Below are positions 54,101 through 63,273 of a stretch of 64,000 nucleotides of DNA, one piece after another (position 1 is the first letter of the stretch; each line of letters opens with the position of its first letter). Under the pieces are notes generated by a model that saw nothing but the letters and a program-made list of their open reading frames with translations, ran no database searches and had not been told where the DNA came from. The position numbers and the translations under genes were made by a program. This DNA is from an uncultured bacterium (lineage in GTDB: Bacteria > UBP14 > UBA6098), in contig CAZSHG010000010.1 in assembly GCA_964606695.1 (NCBI GenBank), positions 9,497 through 73,496 on the forward strand, written 5' to 3'.

Positions 54101-57100
54101 GTTAACTTCGTAAACCCCGCATTCCTGGCTGTCCATGGCTGTGATTACGTAGGTTGTAGGTTCTTCCGGGAAAGCCCACGTTTCGGTGGAATCGGGATTT
54201 GACAGGGAAGAAACCGGTGTCCAATGGACGGACAAATCACCGGATTCGCCCGTAATACTGGAAAATAGATAAGTCGAATCGCCGATGTCTATTGTATCGA
54301 AAGTAGCCGCTACAGAAACAATTCGCATCCCGGTGTGAACAGTATCGACGAATACGATAACTCTCGCGCTGTCCGCGCAACTGTCGTCGCTGACGATTAT
54401 CCAATAAAAAGTAGTGTGATTCGGCGTAGCTATTGGATTCGGCGACGAAGGATCGGAAAGGCTCGACGACGGTGTCCAGGAGTAATCCACGGTGCCGGAA
54501 GCGCCTTCGACAGAAACCTCTAACATTATCTCATCGCCGAGGCAGATATGTGTATCGGGTGTGATATATGTTATATTCAGTGGACAGCTCGAAGTGTCCT
54601 CGACCTCGATGTATATACTGTCGTATATAGTGTATTCACAATATTCCTGATAATCCGTTACGGCGACTTTTAGCCACCCGGAGACCGGGGGAGTCGCCCA
54701 GGGATTCGGCGAGGCGGGAACGTCGAAGTAGGCCTCGGGTGTCCATAAATACCCGACGGAACCGCCCGCGTCGTAAGCGTTCGCATGGAGCCGCGTGGAC
54801 TCGCCGAGAATAAGACTGCTGTCGTCCGCGGAAACCTCGACATATAGTGTAGTTATAGGCGTATCCACATGAACTGTAACATAATCTATTCCATAGCAAC
54901 TCATCGAATCCACGGCGATTATTCTGTAAGTAGTCGTGGTTTCGGGCGTCGCTATGACAATTTCGCTGTCGGGATCGGATATAGTAGTTGCGGGCGTCCA
55001 GGCTATTTCGTAAGGCGGGATTCCACCATGCAGATCAGCAATCAATTCAATAAAACCGCCCACGCAGATATGTCCCGAATCGGGTTCTATATCGATTTGA
55101 ACGTCGCTGACCGATACCTCGACGTATCCGGTATCCGTGCAGGCCGAATCGTCCTCCGCGACGACGGTGTATATCGTTGTCGTTTCGGGATAAACATAGG
55201 GTGTTCGGGAGCTAATGGAGGAAATATTATAATTAGGCGACCATCGATAATCGGTGGTTCCGACTCCCAGAAAAGCATCGACATGGAGCTGGATAGTGTC
55301 GCCAAGACATATCCGTTTATCGTGCGTCAGGCTGTCTATGTAGATAAGACATTCAAAATCAGTCATAACCTGAATGATAATCGTATCACTCACCTGATAT
55401 ATGCCGCATTCCTGGCTATCGGTTACCGTAACCTCGAACGTAGTCGTAACCGACGGGGCAACCATTGGATCGGAGGTGTCCGGATCCCATATCGACTCGT
55501 AGGGTTCCCAATGATAGCTCAAATCGCCTTCTGCGCCGGACACGAAACAGTGCAGTTCCGTAATACTGCCGGAAAAAATAAAGGTGCTGTCGGCGGTGAG
55601 CGAATCGATTTCGAGGGTTTTGATAACGGTATCGATTATCGCCATAACCCACGCCGTATCTGCGCAACCGTCCTCGCTGGTTCCGATTACGCTATAAATT
55701 CCGGACATATCCGCGGATACGGGATTCCGGAAAATTACTCTACCAGGAATAATCGTGCCACCGGGAACATACCAGAAATAAGAATCCAATCCGGGCGGTT
55801 CTGCGCGCAGTTCGAGGATACTTCCTTCGCAAACCGGGGCGTTGGAAGACGCCGTGATTTCCGGTTTTTCGTAAACGATTATACTCGTAAATGCCGTATC
55901 TACACATCCTGCGTCGCTTGTTACAATCACGCTATAGGTTCCCGCATGGGAGGTGTCCGCAGAGGGGATGATCGCTATTCTATCGCTACTGGAAAAACCG
56001 AGCGGTCCGCTCCATTCGTAAGTGGCCATATCCGCCGGGTTCGCGGTGAGTTGTATTGCCTGCCCGCCACAATAAGGGCCGGTATTCGACGCCGATGCCG
56101 AGGGTTTTGAATTGACCGTAAGATATGTATTTGCGGTATCGAGACAACCGTAGGAATTCTGGACTATCAGCCTGTAATTGCCGGTCATCGACGGAGTTCC
56201 GGGTGGGAGAACGGGAGCTTGCAATGTCGAGGTGAATCCGCCGGGGCCTGTCCAGTAATATGAAACCATACCGTCCGGGCCGCCGTATAATTCCGGGATT
56301 TCATTCTGGCAATAGGGGCCGCCGCTGGATGCCGTCGCGGTCGGTTTGTCTTCCACCGTGATTAAGACCGAATCGGACTTCTCGCCGAAGAACGAGATGC
56401 CGCTCTTGCCCATCTGCCATTGGAATACGTAGTCTCCCGGTGTATCCGGCGCGATAACCGTGAATTCGAAGGTATGAGTTTCTCCCGGTTCCACCATACT
56501 GCCTTCGAACTCGACCTCCGAAAGCCCCCAGATTTCGTTCATCGGAGGATTCTGGCTCCATAAGTATAAGTTATCCCACTCCGTCCATTCGATCGAACCG
56601 GAATTTAACATCGTAACGGAAACATCAATGTGGGAACCTGCACATACAATTGCGGGAGGAGCGCTCTGCATCATGAAATCCGCCGTGATGGAATCATAAT
56701 AGCAAGTGATCGTAACGTTCGTCGCTCCTACTTCGTGGCAATGGCTAATCGCGCTGCCGTCGCTCCATTCGCGGTAGTAATAAATGGCGCCATCTGGAGG
56801 ATAAGATTGCGGACTGACGGCTTCTATCAAGTGGCAGGGGCCGGTGGGGCCTTCGTAAGGCCAATCGAATTCGGTCGTAGTGTAATAAGTATCTCCCTCC
56901 GCGATGAACATCAGGTCTTCCGGGGAGGTCTGGATTGTCGTTATCGGTTGTGGAAGAGTATTGAACGGAATGCTCGTCCACGGAGAATAACTTATGCTGG
57001 AGGTTTCGCAATTCAACCAACCACGAACGTGAAGGTAATAGCTCGTCTCCGAAACAAGCCCGGTCAACTCGATGTAATTCGTGTCCAGATCGATTCCAGA

Positions 57101-57817
57101 TGCGGGAGGAGTGGGAGAAGTGTTGATTCTGTATTGATATCCCTCGTGCAACATCACGTGATGCCAGACAGCCTTGGCTTCGAGCGGTGTGATGTCGTAA
57201 ACCTCGCCACATTTGGGCGCGCGCATCGGAGGACAATCCATGGCGGGGCCGGTAATCGTTAGTGTTGCTGTATCGCTGACTACGGTCCATTCGTCGTAGG
57301 CGTCAGTCATGTATTTCTCCGTCAGGGATATCTCGAGATTGCCCGGTCGATAACAGTCGATGTAAAACGCATATTCCGTTCGCAGGAAGGCGTCAGCGCT
57401 GTCCAGGCTATCCGAAACAAAGAAGTAACATGCCGTCGCGACGAGTTCCCGGTCGAGGTCGAAGGGGGAGGAGTGCGTATAATAATCGCGGTAGCACGGC
57501 GAACCGGTGCAATGGTCGCCGGCTTCAGGTTCGATATCGCCAAGCGGTCTGCCCGCCGTAGAATGGAGACGCCAGGTCTGGTATTCCTGCAAACACGGAT
57601 CTGCGGCAAGAACCGGGTCACCCAGGACGGTGCGAATCGAGTCGGTAATCGCGGTCAATTCGACACTTGTTCCGACGCCGGCCGAAGGAAACTCCAGATC
57701 GAGGTGACAATAGATAGTTCCGACGACGTCGGCGGAGAGAGAAACCAAGATGAAAAGTAAAAACAAGCAGACTACTTTGAGCGAAGCGGGATTTCTATGT
57801 GATAGATTCGTCGACAT
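51143..57817 (-). CDS. Giant T9SS cargo with a type-B (gliding-motility-associated, CHU_C) C-terminal sorting domain and about 20 Cys-containing Ig-like repeats
   Basis: I chose the ATG at 57817 (MSTNLSHRN...LFLLFILVSLSA), 2 nt after the upstream stop; the track TTG at 57832 is also possible. C-terminus VVTPNGDGLNDIIEFNV......VEIYDSRGNLI.....WDARENG..VPIGTYYYRL. Recurrent ~95-aa modules (C.GD.I.L......G...Y.W.P...LSDP....P.A.P..TT.Y.V...D...C.D...V.V). Confidence 0.85.
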   Translation of the reverse strand: MSTNLSHRNPASLKVVCLFLLFILVSLSADVVGTIYCHLDLEFPSAGVGTSVELTAITDSIRTVLGDPVLAADPCLQEYQTWRLHSTAGRPLGDIEPEAGDHCTGSPCYRDYYTHSSPFDLDRELVATACYFFVSDSLDSADAFLRTEYAFYIDCYRPGNLEISLTEKYMTDAYDEWTVVSDTATLTITGPAMDCPPMRAPKCGEVYDITPLEAKAVWHHVMLHEGYQYRINTSPTPPASGIDLDTNYIELTGLVSETSYYLHVRGWLNCETSSISYSPWTSIPFNTLPQPITTIQTSPEDLMFIAEGDTYYTTTEFDWPYEGPTGPCHLIEAVSPQSYPPDGAIYYYREWSDGSAISHCHEVGATNVTITCYYDSITADFMMQSAPPAIVCAGSHIDVSVTMLNSGSIEWTEWDNLYLWSQNPPMNEIWGLSEVEFEGSMVEPGETHTFEFTVIAPDTPGDYVFQWQMGKSGISFFGEKSDSVLITVEDKPTATASSGGPYCQNEIPELYGGPDGMVSYYWTGPGGFTSTLQAPVLPPGTPSMTGNYRLIVQNSYGCLDTANTYLTVNSKPSASASNTGPYCGGQAIQLTANPADMATYEWSGPLGFSSSDRIAIIPSADTSHAGTYSVIVTSDAGCVDTAFTSIIVYEKPEITASSNAPVCEGSILELRAEPPGLDSYFWYVPGGTIIPGRVIFRNPVSADMSGIYSVIGTSEDGCADTAWVMAIIDTVIKTLEIDSLTADSTFIFSGSITELHCFVSGAEGDLSYHWEPYESIWDPDTSDPMVAPSVTTTFEVTVTDSQECGIYQVSDTIIIQVMTDFECLIYIDSLTHDKRICLGDTIQLHVDAFLGVGTTDYRWSPNYNISSISSRTPYVYPETTTIYTVVAEDDSACTDTGYVEVSVSDVQIDIEPDSGHICVGGFIELIADLHGGIPPYEIAWTPATTISDPDSEIVIATPETTTTYRIIAVDSMSCYGIDYVTVHVDTPITTLYVEVSADDSSLILGESTRLHANAYDAGGSVGYLWTPEAYFDVPASPNPWATPPVSGWLKVAVTDYQEYCEYTIYDSIYIEVEDTSSCPLNITYITPDTHICLGDEIMLEVSVEGASGTVDYSWTPSSSLSDPSSPNPIATPNHTTFYWIIVSDDSCADSARVIVFVDTVHTGMRIVSVAATFDTIDIGDSTYLFSSITGESGDLSVHWTPVSSLSNPDSTETWAFPEEPTTYVITAMDSQECGVYEVNDSIHIFVNTWFGCSLSVTAFGADSICPGSSTPLDALTENAIGTSSFEWTPHTGLSDPYIVNPIASPSVTTPYVITAVDDSACIARDTVTIWVKTIDTGDLPELDICDTDTILLDLSMHAGVEPVSWTWLPDIFLSDADISSPSCWADSSLTYTVIASDAEDCADTIEIPITVDSMRTGMEVNLSPDTSIIFGGEANLRAEITDISGSVRWFWSPPSWLDDPYSLTPTATPPTTTVYTFTALDSQLCGVYSVDDSVIVDIIPEFECSLEVTPAFEETTVCRGSSVQLETSLSGEMGDVAYEWIPVDYLDFPDSANPVASELDSTITYTIIVTDDSCADSSNIIIHVTRVISLLDSVINICRGDTAEMWGELINPTGEITYEWSPDLRLSHPDSNYTMAFPETTTEYILIASDDAGCSDSIVVNIEVDSILITMLIDAYASPYTIAPGDSALLTVVIDGEVGEVSIEWDTADGIVESPTEDITWAFPDSSMWFTVTVRDSQECGIYSITDSVFVEVGMDPCSLEVSIVTPDSICRGDSVELTSTAEGANGQINWLWRPSTGLSDTASESIWASPTVTTFYWAIATDTLGCKDSNGVSVVIRETPTVLAMAIDETLYIGEDLELRAYPADSSFIYEWSGPAGFLSNDRINFVNDIDTSQCGWYSVSVTNEIGCTGVDSVNISVLTPPAYPDIALSSPWLEFDIYEGETEDRETLQVSNAGDSTLLITSLYRAISLDEFTFADITPVEIDPDSSEVVVVTFEASVIGDYRDTLIIESNDPDESRLALHLLGHVHPPDDPDIGVFPEILDFGAVIVDSCERDSVYISNSGGGLLIINDVAPEATSVAFIRPPLPDTLTLNEGKYYVFEFCPTAAGSLNTWIDTESNDPDESLYQLLALGLGIIHAGYSVSTEVVTPNGDGLNDIIEFNVPDGESNWNVEIYDSRGNLITSGHLENWDARENGSTVPIGTYYYRLSSGGETRISGAIAVIY

Positions 57818-57819
57818 TT

Positions 57820-60555
57820 TTACTCGTTCCAATCGAAAACAGGCGCGGTTTCTACGAGCCTATATAAATATTGAATATCGATTCTCCTGTCGGGGAACTC
57901 TCCCTCGACAGATTCCACGCGGATGACGAGTTCGTAACCGTCGGGTGTCCTAACGAGATAGCGCGTTCCCACCCGGCACGGTTCCGATTGTTTTTTATCG
58001 ATAGACGTTATTTCCTGCACATCGTAGGGCGCTTGAAGCGGGAGGACGTCCATCATGAGGATTCCCGCGTTGCGGCTCTTCCAGATAGTCCTCTCCGATT
58101 CGACTATCGACGGCGATTTCAGTTCGAGGTTGCCGTAGCCGTCCTCGGGCACGTCGGTGCCGAGGTAAAGGTCGATTATTTCCGCGTTGACGGACAGCAT
58201 CGACACCTCGCGGTATTCCGAGAAATCGAAGGCGGACGGATTGCCCAGCTTGCTCGAAAATTCGTAAACAGTAGTCTTTCGCCGGGCTTTGGTCTGGATA
58301 GTAATTTGATTGGAAAGCTCCCCGAATTGCCCCTTTCCAGTGATCGGGGCAATACGCGCATACACGGGGATATCGGGCGATATCTCGGAAATGATGAACA
58401 TGTTTCCGACAATTGGTTCTCTGTTGAGTTGCAAATACGCCAGCGAATCGTAGAGCGCGAATTCCGGAATCGGTTTGTTATCGGCGAAAACTATGTAACC
58501 CGCGACGTCCGCCGGCTGAGGAATATCCTCCCACATAATTATAGCCTGAGAGAAATTATTGATGAACCATATCGAATCCGGCGCAATCCATTTTCCCTCG
58601 AAACGAACGCTGGGGGGAATCAACGAGGGATCGATGCGAACCTGTGTCGCGGGCAAAGTCTTTCGGGCATGATTATAAGCGCAAAGGGCGTCGCGATAGC
58701 GGTAACCAGTTATCAACAATTTGCCGTCCGTGGTTTTCGCTCTATCGATGAGATGTTTTAGATGCGGGTCGATATCGCCTCTGCAGTTATCGTCGTTTTC
58801 GGCGAAATAGACGAAGTTGAACAGGCTATAATCAGTGTTATCCCAGACCTTGGCGATTATTTCGTTGTCGAGAGTATCCGGGCCTATTTTATGGACGCGC
58901 ATCCAGGCGTCCGTAGCGCTTCCGGTAACGACTATCGGAATCGAGTCCGGGATTTCGTTAGGAACTATGAAAGTGAGAGTATCGTGAGGATTATTCGAGA
59001 AAACCGCGCAATCCCCCGCCCATGACGAAGTCGCCAGAAGTCTATGCGGTATCCTCCCAACCGCGACCGCGACTTCGGCGTGCAGGCGGTTATCGATTTT
59101 TTCCACGGCGAACTCCGATGCAAGCCGTATTTCCGGCGGATCGGGATTGTAGGTCGGCGCGGCGAAAAGGAACCGATCTGCGCTTTGCCAATCCAGATAA
59201 TATTCCCATTTGCGTTCGTCGTCCGAATCGAGATAAAAGGGAATCGGAAGATCGGAATAGACGGCAATCGAATCGATAATCTCGTTGGAGAATACAAAGG
59301 GGATAACTGCTACGTATTCTTCCATCGCGACCGTCATTCTGGTGGCCTGAGCTGGATTGTTGTAAATATGTTCTAAACAGAATCCCTCGCCGTCCTTGAA
59401 ACCGGCTATCCAACAGGTTGGGCCGGGGAATTCCGTCATCTTAACCCGCCAGAGTTCGCCGTTACGCGATCCCGACATCTTGAAGTTTCGCCCGGGGGAA
59501 AGATAGAATATCGCGGAATCGAGAGTCTGTGTCTGAATAGAATAATCGTATATTCGAGAATCCACGCCCTTACGGACGATAGCCCATTCCGCGATTAAAG
59601 GATTGGAAGGGCAGATGTAATCGGTCGTATCCGGCAGTTCGATTTCGACCGGTTCCGGTTCGAAGGAACGAAGCTCGATATGTGCGGAATGACTGTTACC
59701 GTATATATTTGCAGGATCGCCGAAAGGTCGTTTGAATTCGTAACCGACCGTTATTTCTCCAAAATCGTAGGAAGCTCCCGCGGTCAGGCCGTCATTACCG
59801 ACGGCACATAAAAGCCCGAGACGATTCTTCAACGCAAATCCCACGATTCCTCCGCGGAAATCGAAATCGGGTTCATTGTCGAAATATAAATCGACGTCGC
59901 CGAAGGGAACGTATCTTCCGAAACGCCAGGTTAGTCCGGTGGAGAGAACCGTTGGATCCCGCGATTTTTCCTGTGATCCCAACGCCATATTCGGTCTTAA
60001 TATATTTTTCGCCATAAGAACCAGCGATAGATCTCCTGTCGGCGAAAAACCGGCTCCGACACTGAAACTCGGCGCGAGTTTGGATTGATTTTCGGAAGCG
60101 AGAGGGTCGTTCTCGTCGCCGATGGACGCGTCGCCGGGAGAATAGGCATAGCCGCAAAGATCGCCGGAAATAGCGACATTAATAAATCTGGACAGATCCC
60201 AATTCGCCCAGAGATTCCAATAATACCGAGTGAAGAACCTGTCGATTCCTACCGAAGATTCCAAACCGAGACCGAAATTCCGTCCAATGGGAAATCCGGT
60301 GGAGATATGGACGTAGCTGTCATTTCGATCGATAATATCCAGATTGTGCGAGGTAAACCCGGTGCTGATGAATCTCGACGAATTGGATCTGGCCGGCCAT
60401 AGCGAAGTATTTGATAAATAACCGTATTCGAGTGCATATTGGCCGATTAACGATATCGGCCAGTAGAGCGATATCAGAATCAGAAGCGACAGCAAACCAC
60501 GCCTGCCGAGGATTCCGTTTCCGTAGATTATTTGAGTCTTTTCTGGTCTGGTCAT
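57820..60555 (-). CDS. Large outer-membrane-associated protein; the N-terminal ~300 aa may be a PorP/SprF-like beta-barrel
   Basis: I chose the ATG at 60555 (MTRPEKTQ...LLSLLILISLYWPISLIG); the track TTG at 60597 is also possible. The N-terminal region has alternating beta-strand patterning (GDENDPLASENQSKLAPSFSVGAGFSPTGDLSLVLMAKNILRPNM....GASYDFGEITVGYEFKR). It sits immediately upstream of a type-B CTD cargo. Confidence 0.4.
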   Translation of the reverse strand: MTRPEKTQIIYGNGILGRRGLLSLLILISLYWPISLIGQYALEYGYLSNTSLWPARSNSSRFISTGFTSHNLDIIDRNDSYVHISTGFPIGRNFGLGLESSVGIDRFFTRYYWNLWANWDLSRFINVAISGDLCGYAYSPGDASIGDENDPLASENQSKLAPSFSVGAGFSPTGDLSLVLMAKNILRPNMALGSQEKSRDPTVLSTGLTWRFGRYVPFGDVDLYFDNEPDFDFRGGIVGFALKNRLGLLCAVGNDGLTAGASYDFGEITVGYEFKRPFGDPANIYGNSHSAHIELRSFEPEPVEIELPDTTDYICPSNPLIAEWAIVRKGVDSRIYDYSIQTQTLDSAIFYLSPGRNFKMSGSRNGELWRVKMTEFPGPTCWIAGFKDGEGFCLEHIYNNPAQATRMTVAMEEYVAVIPFVFSNEIIDSIAVYSDLPIPFYLDSDDERKWEYYLDWQSADRFLFAAPTYNPDPPEIRLASEFAVEKIDNRLHAEVAVAVGRIPHRLLATSSWAGDCAVFSNNPHDTLTFIVPNEIPDSIPIVVTGSATDAWMRVHKIGPDTLDNEIIAKVWDNTDYSLFNFVYFAENDDNCRGDIDPHLKHLIDRAKTTDGKLLITGYRYRDALCAYNHARKTLPATQVRIDPSLIPPSVRFEGKWIAPDSIWFINNFSQAIIMWEDIPQPADVAGYIVFADNKPIPEFALYDSLAYLQLNREPIVGNMFIISEISPDIPVYARIAPITGKGQFGELSNQITIQTKARRKTTVYEFSSKLGNPSAFDFSEYREVSMLSVNAEIIDLYLGTDVPEDGYGNLELKSPSIVESERTIWKSRNAGILMMDVLPLQAPYDVQEITSIDKKQSEPCRVGTRYLVRTPDGYELVIRVESVEGEFPDRRIDIQYLYRLVETAPVFDWNE

Positions 60556-60735
60556 AGGATAAACCGTCTTCGCTCCCAAATTATTATAATAATACAACGT
60601 AAAATATCAAGCGCAAATAGTAATACGCGGGAGTAAAAATAATCGCTTTTCTATAAAAAACGCTTGCAATTTGTTTTATTAATCGTATATTACCAATATG
60701 ACCGGGCGGTCATAATAGTATGAAAGGCGATTATC

Positions 60736-61989
60736 ATGCAACTTGCAGGAAAAATTACCTATGTAGAAAAAAGAGGAAAAGCCAGTTTCGAGTTGAAATT
60801 GAAACTGACCGAATCGATATGCGACACGGCGAAACTCCATCGATCGCTTAAGAACAAAGAGGTCTGTCTGGTTAGGGAATTTAGCACAGCCGCACCTGCT
60901 CCGTCGGTGGGGGAGCTTGTTGTCCTCGACGAGACCGAATCTCGTGAAATCCTGGATTCTCTGATGCCGGCCGTTGAAGTGCACGAACCGAAATCGGGTA
61001 AGGCTATTTCTCAAACGGCGGATTTCAATTTGGACGGCTACGACGAGTTGTTCCTATCCAACGATATAATGTCTTCGATGATCTCGCCGAAGAGGGGCGG
61101 GATTATCCAACACCTTGGCGCTAAAGGATTCAACGGCCTAATCGAGGATACGGTGCTTCAAGGTGTTATGGCAAAACTCGCCTGCGGAATGGGCTTCGAT
61201 TCGACTAAAAAGGATTTCGATATATCGAACGCCAAATTTAAAATCGCGGGGAGTTATTGTGGAGCAAAGCTCGAAGATGAAATCGAGGTTCCCTTACGAG
61301 CTAAACTCGGTGGGATGAAAACAACCGTGAATATCGCCATTTCGTCGCAATCCCCGGCGCTTTCGTATAATCTACATATCGCGAATAAAGTAAAAAAGGC
61401 GAAGCCAAAAAAGGTGTCGCCGACGTTCCACATACGATTGAAACAGATGGACAACAGGAATTCTCGTCTCGTCTGTATCCAGCCCGACGGAGAGAAAAGA
61501 CGGTTCGTAAAACGCGTCCAGATTCCCGTATGGTGCTGGCATGAGCACTGGTATATGTATATCGGCGACATACAGGCCGGCAATAGCGGTTTCATAGTAT
61601 TGAAGCGTGAAGACACCGGGGAAGCCCTTCTCCTGTCGTTCCAGCCGGGGCAGGTGAGCAGGATATGGCACAACAGCGGTTCTTATATGCCGGAAATAAT
61701 TATTTTCGCGCGGCAGAAAACTCTCGCTAAGAACAAATCCACCGATTTCGATATCTCGCTTTGTCCGATTAATCGAATCCGGGTCGAGGACGGTTATTTA
61801 TTGGCTTATATCGAGGACCGGAACGGATTTCATGCTATTTCCGCCGGGCCCAGAGCGAGGAATTTTATTATAGACGACGAAGAAATCACTGCGGACAAAA
61901 TCGGGCCGACGATATATCATCGTAAACTCGATACAAAACCGGGTGCGCTTAGTCTGACCGGCGGATTTCCGGTGCTCGAAGTTATCTAA
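60736..61989 (+). CDS. Hypothetical protein (possible mutarotase-like/DUF1926-like beta-sandwich region)
   Basis: RBS gaaagg. DELFLSNDIMSSMISPKRGGIIQHLGAKGFN recalls the ...I.P..GG.I.E.. motif of GH57-associated C-terminal domains. This is a weak recollection only. Confidence 0.3.
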   Translation: MQLAGKITYVEKRGKASFELKLKLTESICDTAKLHRSLKNKEVCLVREFSTAAPAPSVGELVVLDETESREILDSLMPAVEVHEPKSGKAISQTADFNLDGYDELFLSNDIMSSMISPKRGGIIQHLGAKGFNGLIEDTVLQGVMAKLACGMGFDSTKKDFDISNAKFKIAGSYCGAKLEDEIEVPLRAKLGGMKTTVNIAISSQSPALSYNLHIANKVKKAKPKKVSPTFHIRLKQMDNRNSRLVCIQPDGEKRRFVKRVQIPVWCWHEHWYMYIGDIQAGNSGFIVLKREDTGEALLLSFQPGQVSRIWHNSGSYMPEIIIFARQKTLAKNKSTDFDISLCPINRIRVEDGYLLAYIEDRNGFHAISAGPRARNFIIDDEEITADKIGPTIYHRKLDTKPGALSLTGGFPVLEVI

Positions 61990-61999
61990 AGGAAATAAA

Positions 62000-63199
62000 A
62001 TGCAACCCATAAAGAACGTTACAATTGGAATCGATTGGGAATTATTAGTGAACTCGCTCAAAACCGGCCTCAGCGTGGGCCCGGAGAAGATCGGTTCGAT
62101 AATAGACTTATCGAAAAGGAAACTGCCCGACCTGGAAATCGGGGAGGATATGGACCTTCTCGAAATCAGGCTGGGTATGACCCGGAGCTTCGATGAGTTT
62201 GCGGAGAAAACCCGCCGGGCTTTTAAGACATGCAGTGAAATCGCGTCCCGAAAAAAAGCGGTTTTAGTTGGAATCGGGTACCGCGAGGCCGACTATAATC
62301 CTGCGGGTGGGCATATCCATGCCGGTTCGTTGGAAACATACGAGGAAGCGGGGATACTACATAATCGACTGATGCCCTTTGTTCCAGCGTTAATAGCGAT
62401 TGCGGCTTCTTGTCCGAGTCTGGACGGTAAATATAAATCGATGCGGATGCAGAACAACGCGCATAATTGCTCGAATCCCATGACTACGATGGATCCGAAG
62501 CTCAGCCGACACCTATGGGGCACGGACGTCTGTTTGAAATATCCGGACAAACCCACGTTGGAGCTTCGGGCGGGAGACAGCCAGCCAATGCCGGAACTTA
62601 TGTGCGAAATGGCGGCGCTATACGTCGGATTAGCCGCTGGGCTTGCAAAACGCGGTTCCGCGGTATTGGACGCCGATATTATCGAATACGGTTTGAATCG
62701 TCTTAACGCTACTGTTAACGGCATGACGGCAACTTTTCGCATTAAAGGAAGAGAAATTCCAGTGTCAGAAATGTTGATGGAATATATCATTCCAATAGCT
62801 GTTGAAGGTCTTGCCGATTTCGGCACACCCGAAGGGCCTTTCACGATCGCGAAATTATTCGCTAATAAACGCATGTCCGTTTCGGATTGGGTGTCGGCGA
62901 TCAATCCGCCGGGAACAGATAAATACCGCGCTTCCGGCGAGATTACGAGGGTTATCCATGCCGGCGCGAATACAGTAAGTTGGATCGAGACACAATCACC
63001 GCGTAAAATAAGGGATTTCGAAGAGCCAGAGAAATTTCTATTGGGCGCGATAACGCTTGAAACGCCGCTTCAACAAGCTTTCGATTCGGTTCCACTGCCG
63101 CGAAGTTATATCGAGAAATTGATTTTCGATCTGGACAAAGCTGGAGAAATTAAAATAACCCGCGGCTCGAGAAACGAGATGTTGTTGAGCCGAATCTGA
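62000..63199 (+). CDS. Carboxylate-amine ligase, glutamate-cysteine ligase family 2 (GCS2/YbdK)-like
   Basis: RBS aaaggaaat, 10 nt after the upstream stop. IGIDWELLV, GGHIHAGS..YEEAGILHNRLMPFVPALIAIAASCP and PTLELRAGDSQPMPELMCEMAALYVGL parallel the YbdK motifs (GxExE, HVHVG...N.L....P.LLALSANSP, IE.R..D). Confidence 0.5.
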   Translation: MQPIKNVTIGIDWELLVNSLKTGLSVGPEKIGSIIDLSKRKLPDLEIGEDMDLLEIRLGMTRSFDEFAEKTRRAFKTCSEIASRKKAVLVGIGYREADYNPAGGHIHAGSLETYEEAGILHNRLMPFVPALIAIAASCPSLDGKYKSMRMQNNAHNCSNPMTTMDPKLSRHLWGTDVCLKYPDKPTLELRAGDSQPMPELMCEMAALYVGLAAGLAKRGSAVLDADIIEYGLNRLNATVNGMTATFRIKGREIPVSEMLMEYIIPIAVEGLADFGTPEGPFTIAKLFANKRMSVSDWVSAINPPGTDKYRASGEITRVIHAGANTVSWIETQSPRKIRDFEEPEKFLLGAITLETPLQQAFDSVPLPRSYIEKLIFDLDKAGEIKITRGSRNEMLLSRI

Positions 63200-63224
63200 T
63201 GCGAAAAAAAACCGTCGAATAAAG

Positions 63225-63250
63225 AAAGGCGGCCAACCGTGGCCGCCTTT
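63225..63250. terminator. Bidirectional stem-loop between convergent genes
   Basis: aaaggcggcca-accg-tggccgccttt, a perfect 11-bp stem flanked by A-rich and T-rich runs. Confidence 0.7.
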
Positions 63251-63273
63251 ATATTTACCATTTATCGGGGCTT

